A program made the translations under genes and the position numbers. This document shows positions 41,701-53,585 of a stretch of DNA of 64,000 nucleotides, in pieces. How positions within the stretch are numbered: position 1 is the stretch's first letter; each line of letters opens with the position of its first letter. The notes under the pieces are model-generated. The model was given only the letters and a program-made list of their open reading frames with translations. It made no database searches and was not told the origin of the DNA. Source of the stretch: the human T2T-CHM13v2.0 reference genome, Homo sapiens; the NCBI GenBank assembly GCA_009914755.4, contig CP068257.2, forward strand, positions 13,376,001-13,440,000. The letters are read 5' to 3'.

Positions 41701-43299
41701 CTTCTGAATTAACATCTTTTGGAGAATAGCCCACTCAACTTGATATGTCATAATTTTCAATTCTAAAGGTGGCACGGATAATTTAAAGTGGCACTTGCTA
41801 TTTATTACTTAAATAATTGTTCTCTTGGACGGGCTTTTGAAAGCTAGTACTTCTTAATCATTTTCGACTATATCAGAACTGTAACAGACATGTCAATTTA
41901 AGCAAACTTCATGAGCAATAAACTAACAAACAGACTCTAGGTGGTGGTATAGGTTATTTTTTATCATGATGTTTTGCACTTATAACTGCAAGAGTCAGAA
42001 AAGCCTTTAGTCTCTTCACACACTTCTTTAGTGCAAAGTTAACAATATTTTAGGGTGTTAAAATTAGCAAAATCCAAGTTCTGCAGAGTTTAGAAATGCA
42101 TGTAAAAGAGGCATTAAACCTGGTTTTCAACTAACTTCCCACAGGCATTAAACCTGGTTTTTCAACTAACTCATTTGAATAAAATCAACAACGAACAGTC
42201 CTTTTTTTTTTCTGTTATGTTCTGATGTATATTTTACTCACACTCCTAGGGCACTTTTAAAGGTAAGTTTGGAAAGAGGTCTTTCTCCACCAGAGTATGA
42301 AACAGACTAGAACAACCAATCCTACAACCTGCAGGGCAGTAGCCGCTCCACTAATTGATTCTCCTTCTTTGTCTCTAGGAACTATGCCCAGGCAGAAAAA
42401 AAGTTACTGTAGGTGATGAAGCCAGTGCTCCCTGAACCAAATAAACCCTATCGACGTTACCGAACTGCCGGGCAAAACCAGAGCAACTCACTTACTTGGA
42501 AGGTGAAAAACACTTCAACATACTCCAGGCGGCAACCGACACTTAGGGGCCAGGCAGATGAAACACCATTTGTTTAAAAAGTCTATTATTTCACTGTCTC
42601 TTCAACAAAGGTGGAAAACTGATGATTAAACACTGAATAATGCCACCCACTTACTAAACCTATGATTCACTAATAAGCAGGTTCAATGCAATTCATAACT
42701 TTAAAGAATGAATTACCGAAGCCCCTTGCTTCACAAATTCCCCCAAGAAACAGAAAGAGCATTCATCACATATAACCCGACAACCATTTTTACTATGGAC
42801 ACCTACAGATGGCTTCTCTTCCTCTAAGGACACAATTTCCTTCACAATCCCACATGTAATCATTTACAATACCAGAAACAAACTCCAACTCAGTTCCACC
42901 AACTGGGTTTTTAAAAATCCTTGTGCCTAAGAACGTCTTTTTTCCCCAAAGTAAAATGTGCCATTAAAAAATATTTTTAAAACGCAAAAGTGCTTATCAT
43001 TCCGTACTTCTTTTACTACCTTCAGCAGCCAATTATTGACGTGATAAAAGGTAGAAACTCCTGGAATGCTTCAGAGATCAACATGTGTCACAGACTCCCA
43101 GCCTGTCCGCCTCTAAGACACAGTTGGTTCCTTTGTTCCTTCTGACTGAACACCAACTCCTGATCAAAATTGGGAAACTACTTTGGAAGGGATGGGAGGG
43201 TCTGCAGAATACATCCACGGAAACCTTCATAAAACAATATTCAATCGTAATAAGGTGGACACAGAAGAAGGGAGAAAAGGCAGCCTCCCGGACTTCCAC

Positions 43300-45200
43300 C
43301 GGGCTCACCCTAAATGGGGGCCGGCCCCTGGCTCCTGGTAAAATGATGGCTGAGGCCTCGGGTCCGTGAGCCTCGCCATCGGGAGGGGACCGCGAGTGCG
43401 GGCAGAGCGGCCCGGGGTCGGGTGGGGGCCGGGCGAGCTGTCCCTTTTCCTATTCACTTTCCCAGCCGGGTATCCAGCGAGCAAGGAGCAGGGAGGCACC
43501 CAGGCGAAAGGCGCCGCCCAGGATCCGGCTGGACAGCAGGACGGAGAGCGGCGAGGCGAGCGGTGCCCGGGGTTCGGGACCGAGAGGGCAAGCGAGCGGG
43601 GGCAACCCCGACCCGGCCCCCCGAGTCCGGCCCCGCTCAGGGGCCACGCGACGGCCGCCCCCTTGCCCAGAACTGGCACGGACGGGCGGGCCGACCCGGG
43701 GCCACTCCACAACTTGCCGGCCCGCCGCCCCGGCCCCCCGCGAGAACCCGGAGACTCGAACCAGGCAGCAGAGGCAGGATTTCCCCGGAAACGCGCCCTC
43801 CCCGCCGCCCCGACGCCCCCGCGGCCCTGCCAGCCAAGCGAGAGCCGACGCGGGCCGCGCTCCCGGGCCGTTTCCGGCGGCGCCGGCGGCCGCTACTCCT
43901 GGCGCCCTGGCCGCGGCCGTCACTCACCCCAGGCCGCCGCGGCTCCCAGCCTCCGGCTCCGTCAGGCTCGGTCCGCGAAGGCGCCTGCCGCCCCGTCCTG
44001 GCCCGGCGCCCCGGCGAGCTCTTCCCTCCGACCAGCGGCGCTCACGGCGCAGCGGCGGACGCGAGGCCACGGGCGGACGGGCGCGCGCGGGTGGCGGGCG
44101 GGCGTGGGGCCGGGTCGTCCCTGCGCCTCGCCGCCGCCTCCTCCGCCGCCGCCTCCCGAGTTCGGGGCTCTGCTGCAATGTCTGCGAGGCTGACTTTGAG
44201 CGCCTCGCTCACCGCCCGCCCGCAGCCGCGCTCCTCCCTCCGCCGCCGAGTCCGCCGCGGCCCAGTCCCTCCCCTCGCCGCCCCACGCCATTCAGCTCTT
44301 CAGCCAAGTTTCTTAACCCTTTTCTCCCCCTCCCTCCCATTGTCACCCGGTCAGGAGGAAGCCGCGCGGATCCGGGCGGCTCACAGGAGCTGCGGAACCC
44401 CCTCTGTTTCGTGGATTTCCTTCTCGCCTGCTCTCCGGGTGTCCCAGACGGGGCTGCAAGACCCGGAGGCAGCGAGAGGACCGCGTCCCCGAGAGAGGGG
44501 CTGCACGGCGCGCCCGGGCCGTCCCCCGGGCTCCCAGCTCTGTCCAGCCGCCCGCGACCGCTGCAGGCGCCTGGACAGCTCCTCCTGGGGACCGGGGAAA
44601 GCGCTCTTGGGACCCAGGCCGAATGCTCCCGTTTGGGCACAGCCTGGGGGCCGGGGCGCCCCAGACGCTCCAGGGTCCCCGCCTGCCTTAAGCGTCTACC
44701 TCCTCCCCTTCACCCCACAACACGCGCTCTCTGGGCCCCCTTTCACCCACCCACCCCCAATTTCTATCTCCTTGTAATCTGTGTGTCCTGCTTTAATGTT
44801 GGGGGGCACGGGCGCGAACTCTGGGTCACTTTGACCCCACGCCCAGCACGTAGTAGGCGCCCAGCACTCGTGTGGAGCGACTCTGGGAGGAAAACTAGGA
44901 AGGAGACCTGAGGAGCGCCCCGCTCAGCTCCCTGGACAGACGTAGGACCCAGGAGCAGGGTTAATCCTCGGCTGCTTTGTCACTGCGAAGTCTCCAGCGG
45001 AGTCTGTCAGCCAATCTGCATCATCCCCGGGAAGGATCTGACCCAACAAGACAAGGGAAAAGGAGCAGGGCTGCTACTTCTTCAGCAGCTCTCCTCGGTT
45101 CGGTCTCCGAATAAGAAATAACAATTACATCACGAGGCCGGGGCGGCAGCGCGGTGGAGCCTCTCGGTTTCCTGCAGCCTAATCTCACTGAACCCGCCTC
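43300..45200. promoter_or_regulatory. CpG island (dense core about 43340-44700, GC-rich shoulder to about 45200); candidate promoter and first exon of an unidentified transcript
   Basis: There is an abrupt switch from AT-rich CpG-poor DNA to more than 70% GC with CpG at near-expected frequency. Multiple GC-box-like motifs (gggcgg / ccgccc) are present, there is no TATA, and CCAAT motifs lie at 43029 and 45012. A consensus splice donor (ctgGG|GTGAGTga) sits on the minus strand, with exon last base 43928. Confidence 0.75.
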
Positions 45201-47809
45201 TAAATTGGGGGGGCCACAGATTGGTGAAACGAGAAAGTGGAAGGAGGAGAGAGTCATACGAAACCATAATTTCCCCTTATCCTTGTATTTGCTGTTTGAA
45301 AAATCGTATCCTCAACGCTCCCCAGACATCTCACTAGAACTATTAACACCCCCTCAACACCTCCCCAGATGTCAGGTTTCTTTTTGACTTGAGCATCTAG
45401 CATTTAGTAATTCGCCATGAAAAAAATTACCAGGGGAAGCGAGTGTTGTTGCTGAAATTGTTTTTGCTTGACACAAAAAAGCTAAAGTACAGCTTAGTCT
45501 CACCCGAAATTCTGAAACGGCATGCCCGTGTTAAAACACTTATTACATAAGACAAATGAGCCGATGAGGCACTCCATTCTTATATGTAGGTTTTCATATC
45601 CTGAAGAATTTGATAGCATTTGGAAATGAAGTTGCTAATGAGCTTAAAAAACAAGAACTATCCAAGTCATGAAACTGTATTCTGTGCCTGTTATGTAATG
45701 GCTGTATTGTGTATTGCAAATTTCACTTAACCTTTAAACAATATGAATGAGAGTTTTAGAATACTGTCACAGTCTTGAAAGTGAAAGCAATTTTTCAAAT
45801 TAATGCTTAATAAATTCAGCACCCAGCACAGTGCCGGGCACATAGTGCCAATGTTTTCCTTAGTGGCAATGGCACATTTTAAAACAATTATTTTTCATCA
45901 CCCTAGTGATTGAACTATGCAATCTGTTGCCATTTTATATAGTTAAACCTCATATAATATAATACCATATTATTTGCATATACCACAATTCAAAATCTGC
46001 TCTAGGCAAAATAAAGTCTGCTGTTTTTTAGTGCATCATTTATTCAGAATTGATACAAAGCAAACCGTTTCAATTCAATGATGACCAGCATAATTGGAGC
46101 TTGGCCCTTAGTGGGGGGTCAAACTTTTTTTATGAAAATTATTTTTAACCATTATACAAAGATTTTTCTACAATGTATTGCAAATGTTTCTCTTAAGCAG
46201 TTTGTTGAACGTCATTTAGCATTTTCTTGATAATTCAATGTTAATTTTATTAAAAGTAATTATTGTAGTAGGTTGTAGCGGATTCAGTAAATATATCCAG
46301 TTCCTATTCTATATTCTTTCTAGGTGTTAGGAATGCTCCCAGGAGGTACAAAAGCTATCAGTCGCTGCACCGAAGGACTCTAGGATGCTATGACTTAGTG
46401 ATTATCTCTGCCTTTTGTAATTTCTCTCTCTCCCCCTTCACTAACTGACAATCTATTGTCCTTACTGTTACTAGCATAGCTGCCACTAACATTCTCCTCA
46501 TCTTCTGATTGGTAACTTCCAGTCTAGTGCGGACTGGGAATCCAGATAGCCTCACTTGTCACAATTCTGTCTAAAGTAAACTTAATAGGTTCTGGGTAAG
46601 GGACTAATGGGCTCACCAAGGAGTAGGGCGCACACACACCTTAGTGCATAGACTTTGGGAAAGATATTTGGACTACTCAAGTCTATCTTTTAAATACATT
46701 CCTCTTACTTCTTAACCAGGTTTTGGACCATGGAGATTGCCCAGCAGGCCGAGAATATTCCAGCCCTCCAACATTGTTGTTAAAAAGTCCACTGCTGTAT
46801 GTTAGGTGACTTCCCAAAGCTGCTCACTTCTTCTTCTTATTCTGTTTTCTCAACCCCACAAAAAATCCAATCACTGAAATCCTGAACTCTTTTGATAGTG
46901 GCATGAGTGTTAAGTAAATTGCACACCTCTTGTGGAATTCATTTTCACTTAATCATGCTAATTATGTGGAGACTTGTTTGTTGTTGTTCTTTGTTTTTTT
47001 AAGTAAATCAATACCTAAATTTCCTGGCTAACAGAGTCATTGCAAGGATACTAGGGCATTATATGTAATATAAGAATGCCTATTTGGTAATTTGTACTTT
47101 GAAGTCAAGTCTCATTTGAATCATTTGTGATGTGAAAACAATGCTGTTGGGTTTATATACTTAAACACCTAATTATTGTTTTACGTCCAGGGTTCCTGTG
47201 GGATCACATGCCTTTAGTTCAGTCTCAGTATACCTCTCCGCCACAAAGATGTAGTCTGGGTGTGTTCTCTAGCCTTTGGTTCTGTAGCCTTTGGTGTGTT
47301 CTCTAAATCTCTCCTCTATAGCATTTTCAAAAACCGTTTTGTTAGTGGGTTTTTGCTTGTCCGTATCCCACTGTAGAATGCAAGCAGTACAGGCACAGGG
47401 TCCATATCCCTCTCATTCACATTTGGGGACTTCCAGCTACCCATCCCTGTGCCCAGCAGACAACAGACATTCAGTAGATATTGGCCAACATACTGTCATA
47501 CCCCAGAGGACAGAATGTATCTTTCTCTTGGGGTCCTGGCTGTGATGTAAGGGAGTTCAGAGAACATTTTGCAGAGAAAATAATGCTTCCGCTGGCCATT
47601 AAAAGGTTAAAAGAATTAGCCATGTAGGCAAAGTGGGAAAAGGGGTTCTCAGGAGAGGACATAGACTGTTCAACAGTAGAGAGGTATGAGAAGACAAAAA
47701 TATGCACTGAGAAGTATTGAGCCCATATTTACACTATGGAGTGAACTATGACACCTGAGTAGGGAGAAATATGTGTAATATAATAGATCACAGACAAATG
47801 GAACCCCAC

Positions 47810-48190
47810 TGCAGTTACCTTATTAGTCACAGTCCCTTAGCCTCTGGAGCAGCACTGACCAATAAAAACATAAAGTGAACCACAAATGTGAGCCACATAA
47901 GGAATGTTAAATTTTCTGGTAGTTATATTCAAAAGTACAGAGGAACAGGTAAAATTAATTATAATAATGCACTTTAACCCAATACATCAAAAATTACCAT
48001 TTCATGTCTATACAACATACAGAATTATTAATTAGATATTTTACAATCTTTTACAGTCTTTAAAATCCAGTGTGTCTTTTACATTTATAGCACATCTTCA
48101 TTTGGACTAGTCTTATTCCAGGGCTCAACAGCCACATGTGGCTAACAACTACCCTATCAGGTAGTGCAGCTCCAGAGAATGTAGGAAATA
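47810..48190. mobile_element. Second copy of the palindromic non-autonomous DNA transposon family (CACATGTGGCT core)
   Basis: Termini ctctggagcagcactgaccaataaaaacataaagtgaaccacaaatgtgagccacataagg ... ggctcaacagccacatgtggctaacaactaccctatcaggtagtgcagctccagag are inverted complements. It is related to 19250-19600. Confidence 0.45.
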
Positions 48191-49490
48191 TTTAATAATA
48201 TAGTTTAAGAAAAGTTTCTTAAGAGGAAAATCTAAATCTTGTTAACTCTAAAAGCTTATGCCGATTATTAGTGTTGAATTATGCTAGGTTATAAAGACCA
48301 CCTTCTTGTGTTTAGACTTTTACGCCAATTTAGAGAATCAGCAAAGTTTGCATTTTATGTACTGTGTCTTCATTAACGATGCTGTAGTTACAACTACTTC
48401 TATCTCTATTAACTATGGTGGTGGACTGTAAATGTAAACTGTCTTTATGGCAGAAATAAAACGCTATAGATTTGGGGTTGACTAAGCTTTAAAAAAAATT
48501 CTCTCTACAGTATGAAGCTATCTCTTCTATGCAGTTACTGCCAAGCATCTTCCTAGCTGTAGAAGTCCAGGATTTTGCTCTCTAATTCTTTTATGCCCAG
48601 TTACTTGTAGATGACAAAAACCACCCTGACCTTTGTTTGAGGCAGTCGCCTACCTGAAGCTGCAGTAAGGATTTGCTGCAGCTCCCTGAGTACCAAGAAA
48701 GGTCTAAAGAGCTGACTTGAAGATGCTTAGACACCCTCTCTGCAGGTTACTGTGCAGCTTTCCCTAATGAGATTGGAGCCCTTTTGGTTTCATTGGGATT
48801 TGAGTGTGGAAGACTGGCAAATCCAGGGCACTCATTTTCTACACTAAAATGAATCTTGAAAACTGTATCTTTTTAAAAAAAGTCTGAGAATGATTGTGTA
48901 CAAGTAGCCAAACCTGTGCAAGGAAAAGGCAGATACTTTAATGAAATGCATATGTGGTTGATGCCGTCTCATTCCTTCTCAAAACAAGAAAATGTCTAGT
49001 ATAGTTACAGGGTTAGAAAAACCAAGAAGTCCCAACGAAGCAAGGAAAACCTGTCAGTTTTAATAATGTGTCAGTTTGATATGTCTAAATGATTGAGAGT
49101 AAATATCACATGAAATCTTTCCTTTTATGTAGAAATGGCGTATGCAGCTCTCATTAGGCAGTCCTGTCGTAAATGCATATGAAAGTTTCCTTTAAGGGAT
49201 TTCACAAACATAGGACCATGTTATGAATCAATTCAGTAAAAACATGATCCTATTATTTTTAGAGATATATTTAGATAGACTTCAACTAAAGAAAAGTGAA
49301 GAACACATCTGTTTTTCCAAATAATTCAGGGTTCTAAAGGGAAGAAAGATACAAAGAAAGCATGATGTATGCTTACTATTTGTATAATTGTTTGGCTCTC
49401 AAAAGAAGACATAGACACTGACCTATCTGTTTTAGATTAGTTTAAGAAACATGAAAATCTCGTGTAATTTTTCTTTTCACAAAGAATTTG

Positions 49491-49491
<1 letters not shown>

Positions 49492-49520
<29 letters not shown>
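49492..49520. repeat. (CA)n microsatellite, about 14 copies
   Basis: acacacacacacacacacacacacacaca read directly. Confidence 0.95.
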
Positions 49521-49522
<2 letters not shown>

Positions 49523-49534
49523 TGCATGCAATTC

Positions 49535-50670
49535 AATGGTGGAAAGAATCATCTTTTCAACACATGGTGCTATGATATCTACATGCAGAAGAATGAAATT
49601 GGACTCCTTCACATCATATACAAAAATTTACTCAAAATGAAATGTAGACCTAAATGTAAGAACTAAACTATTAAACTCTTAGAAGAATATATTGCAGTAA
49701 ATCCTTGTGACCTCTGTTAGGCAAAACCTTCTTAGCTATGACACTGAAAGCATGAATAACAAAAAATAGATAAATTGTACTGAAGTCAAATTTAAAATCT
49801 TGTGTGTTTCAATGGATACCATCAAGAAAATGAAAAGATAACCCATAGAATAGGAGAAAATATTTGCAAATCATATATCAGGTAAGGGACCCATATCTAG
49901 ACTATATAAAAAACTCTTACAACTCAATAATAAAAAGGCAAATACCCAGTTTTTAAAATGAGCAAAGTGTCTGCATAGACATTTCTCCGAAGAAGATGTA
50001 CATCAAGCACATGAAAAGTTACTCCATAGGATTAGCCATTAGGGAAGTGCAAATCAAAATCACAGTGTGATGCTACTTCACACTCAAGGCAAATGACTAT
50101 AATAGAAAAAAAAAAGATGAAAACAAGTGTTGGTGAGCATGTAGAGTCATTGGAACACTCAATTGTTATTCCTTATTGATGCATAGCAAATCGCTTCAAA
50201 ATTTAGTGGCTTAAAACAAGAAACACTTATTATCTCATAGTTTCTGGGGGCAAAGAATGCAGGAACAGCCTAGCTGGATGGTTCTGACACAAGGTCTCTC
50301 ATGTGGCTGCAGTCAGGGTGTTGGCAGGGCCTGTGGTCATGCGAGGCTTGCCTAGGTCTGGAGGATCGAATTGCAAGAAGGCACCCTCACATGGTTGTTG
50401 ACAGGAGGCCTCAGATTCCTGCCACATGGGCCTCTCCTCAGGCTGCTTGAGTATCCTCATGATGTGGCAGCTAACTTCCACTAGAGCAAGCCGTCCAAGA
50501 AAGGGCGAGAGCGAAGCCACAGTGTCCTTTCTGACCCGGTCTCCTAATTCACACATGGTTACTTCCATTTTATTCTATTAATTAGAAGTGAGTCCCTAAG
50601 TTCATTCCACACTCAAAATGGAAAGTCATCTTGAAGGGAGGAGTAGCAAATAATTTGTGAACAGATTTTA
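49535..50670 (+). mobile_element. Ancient L1 (L1MC/L1MD-type) ORF2 C-terminus plus characteristic 3' end
   Basis: ...aatggtggaaagaatcatcttttcaacacatggtgctatgatatctacatgcagaagaatgaaattggactcc... matches L1 ORF2. It is followed by ...attgatgcatagcaaatcgcttcaaaatttagtggcttaaaacaagaaacacttattatctcatagtttctggg..., typical of old L1M 3' ends. Confidence 0.7.
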
Positions 50671-52134
50671 AAACCACCACAGCACGCAATTCACATTTTT
50701 GCCTGTGGTCTGCCTCTTTGGTTTCCTAAACCAACTTGCATGTCCTTGTTTCCATACACTGAACAGGCTCACTGCCTCCCTCAAGGGAACAAGACTTAAG
50801 CGTCTTCTGGTTACTGCATCAAATCTATTGCTTAAGAATTCTGGGTGATATGCAGCACTCCCAGGATGCCCCGATGAGGCCCCTTGAAGGCTGGTAAACG
50901 GGCGTGCTTTCAGCCATAGCACATTTACATTTTCAACCATGAAGAAGGAACAAGATCATTGCAATAAATCTGTCCATTTGGAAAAGGAAGAATGAGGAAC
51001 ACACATTGGTCACCGTTCCATAGTAATTATCAAAACCTACTAAGCAGGAGTAGCCAGGACTCCTTTCCTTGGCAATACAGGAAGTTCCTTGATTGACCAA
51101 CCTGGTAGCCTCTGATTCTTTCTCCTGAATGTTCTCCCTCGTGCCTTGCCCTCTGCTGTTCCTGGATCTGCCTTTGAAGTTTCACATTTGACAGTTTTCC
51201 TCAACAAATGTATCTGAGACAGACACGGGGGAGGTTGTCCTTCTTGGAGACCTCTTGGATTTTGAAATATTTCAGCACAGGGATTATTTTAAAGTTTTAA
51301 CAATGAGATTATTGCAAACCAAGTTGGGGATTTCTTTGGGATGTTAATTTCTTCAGACACTTAGCAGGCTTGATTTGTTTCCATTCCATTCCATGTACAG
51401 GTTACCATAGCCAAAAGTCTTGCCCAGACATGGTTTTCAAGGCTGCAGATTCTCAGTTTTTATTTACTGGGCTCTGTACTCTGCCCATCCCTCTGGCCCT
51501 TAAATTAATGGTGTCTACCTTGAGATCATCTGAAATAATAGCTTTAGGTGGGGAGGCAATACAATTTATCACCTCTTGCTAACAATATCACTGCTGCATT
51601 ATGACAAAGCACAAGTCTTACCTCCTGCTAAGCCAGCAGTTACATGGCCACAGCTTAAAACTTCTTCAATTTCAAGTACAGAGTAGATGACTTTTTCAAC
51701 ACTGCAAGGCCCATATCACTGGACTCTTCATCAGTTGTTAGCAAGTATCGGCAGAGAATGTCTCCCTTAGAAAATCTTTGCTTCCTTCCACCTCTGTTTT
51801 CAGAATGTTTGATTCTAGTCTGAGTTCACCTAACTCAAAAGACTTTACTGAAAATAGCAAAACTATACCACCACCTACAAACACTATGAATTTATCTTTT
51901 ATTTCCCTTAACATTATGGCCTCAGTCAGCAAAAAGTCTGCTTTTCAAGGTAAGCAGTTGGCAGCTTAACCAAATAGTTTGCTACCACATTAAAAACAGA
52001 GCCCTATCACACACTGCCCAAATCTTTCTGCTAAATCAGTGGTACTTGTACCATGCAGCATACCATTACTGGTACCTACTGGCCATGGTTCCTGGTTACA
52101 GAAACAAAATTTACTCTTGCTAGTTTAGGCAGAA

Positions 52135-52163
52135 TGTGTGTGTGTGTGTGTGTGTGTGTGTTT
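52135..52163. repeat. (TG)n microsatellite, about 14 copies
   Basis: gtgtgtgtgtgtgtgtgtgtgtgtgtgtg read directly. Confidence 0.95.
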
Positions 52164-53158
52164 TTATATAACAAAATAATTAACAACATTTCTTCTAGGA
52201 CCCAGAAACCAGGCTTGGATAATACATGAGAGAAACTTCCAGTTGCACAAAGGGACTGCCGTGTGGAAATTCCACTCACCTACCATCTGCCACATGGAAC
52301 CAATAAGGATACAGACTAAATACTAGAACCTTCATTAGAACTCTACAGAATAACCATACACTTCAACCAACCACTTTATTTGCCAAGCAGCCCTATAGAT
52401 TCTGCCTTACAATGTTCATATCCGGCTTCCATGTCTTATGTAGGTGCATTTTGTTGGTGGAGACCAGGTCACATGTGAAACCTTAGCTTCATCTGAGTCT
52501 GAGAAATGCCACATTCAGCCTTCCAGTAACCTGGAAAATATACTAGGAAGAGATTAGAGTAGTATTTAGTGTGTGTCATTCTACAGTATCTGGCACAGTG
52601 GCCAAAGGTTTATTTTTGAGTTTTCATTATATTTTAACTGACATACTAAAATTTGAGGAAAGTCATGATGAAATATATAGTAAAATTAATAAATAGCATG
52701 AATTACATTGACTTACTATGTTTCCTTTTCTCTGTAGGATTCTTCTTGGTTTGAGCGTTTGTATTAGTCAGTTTTGGGTCGCTATAACAGAATACCTGAG
52801 GCTGGGTAATTTATAAAGAAAAGGTGTTTATTTAGCTCACAATTCTGTAGGCTGGGAAGTTTAAGGGCATGGCCCTGGCTTACGGAGAGGGCTTTCATGC
52901 TGCATTATAACATGGCAGAGGTCAAAGGAAAAGCAAAAACGTGTGAAGAGACAAAACCCGAGGAGCTTCTCACCTTTATAACAAAGCACTCTCTTGGGGA
53001 CTAATTCATTCCCAGGAGGACTAATCCAGTCCTACCAGAGGGAAAACTCACTACCAAAAGAATGGCACCAAGCTATTCAAGAGGGACTTGCTGCCATGAG
53101 CCATACATCTCCTATTAGGCCCTGCTTCCCAGCACCACTACACTGGGGATCAAATTTC

Positions 53159-53287
53159 TCTTCTCTTCTCTTCTCTTCTCTTCTCTTCTCTTCTCTTCTC
53201 TTCTCTTCTCTTCTCTTCTCTTCTCTTCTTTCTCTTTCTTTCTTTCTCTCTTTCTTTCTGTCCCCTTCCTTCCTTTTTTTTTTTTTT
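53159..53287. repeat. (TTCTC)n pentanucleotide microsatellite of about 15 copies, then a degenerate polypyrimidine tract, then poly-T; expanded tail of the adjacent minus-strand Alu
   Basis: ttctcttctcttctc... from 53159 to about 53229, tttctctttctttctttctctctttctttctgtccccttccttcc to 53272, and t15 to 53287. The tract lies inside the Alu TSD pair gatcaaatttc (53148-53158 and 53571-53581). Confidence 0.9.

Positions 53288-53585
<298 letters not shown>

Noticed and set aside
43366-44911. Large GC-rich ORFs on both strands (451, 275, 166, 157, 143, 135, 109, 96 and 84 aa) inside the CpG island
   Set aside because: They are mutually overlapping and antisense to one another. They are Arg/Pro/Gly/Ala-rich as expected from more than 70% GC random sequence. 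Several start on non-ATG codons (the ORF tool evidently allows GTG/TTG/CTG). None can be nominated as a real CDS from sequence alone.
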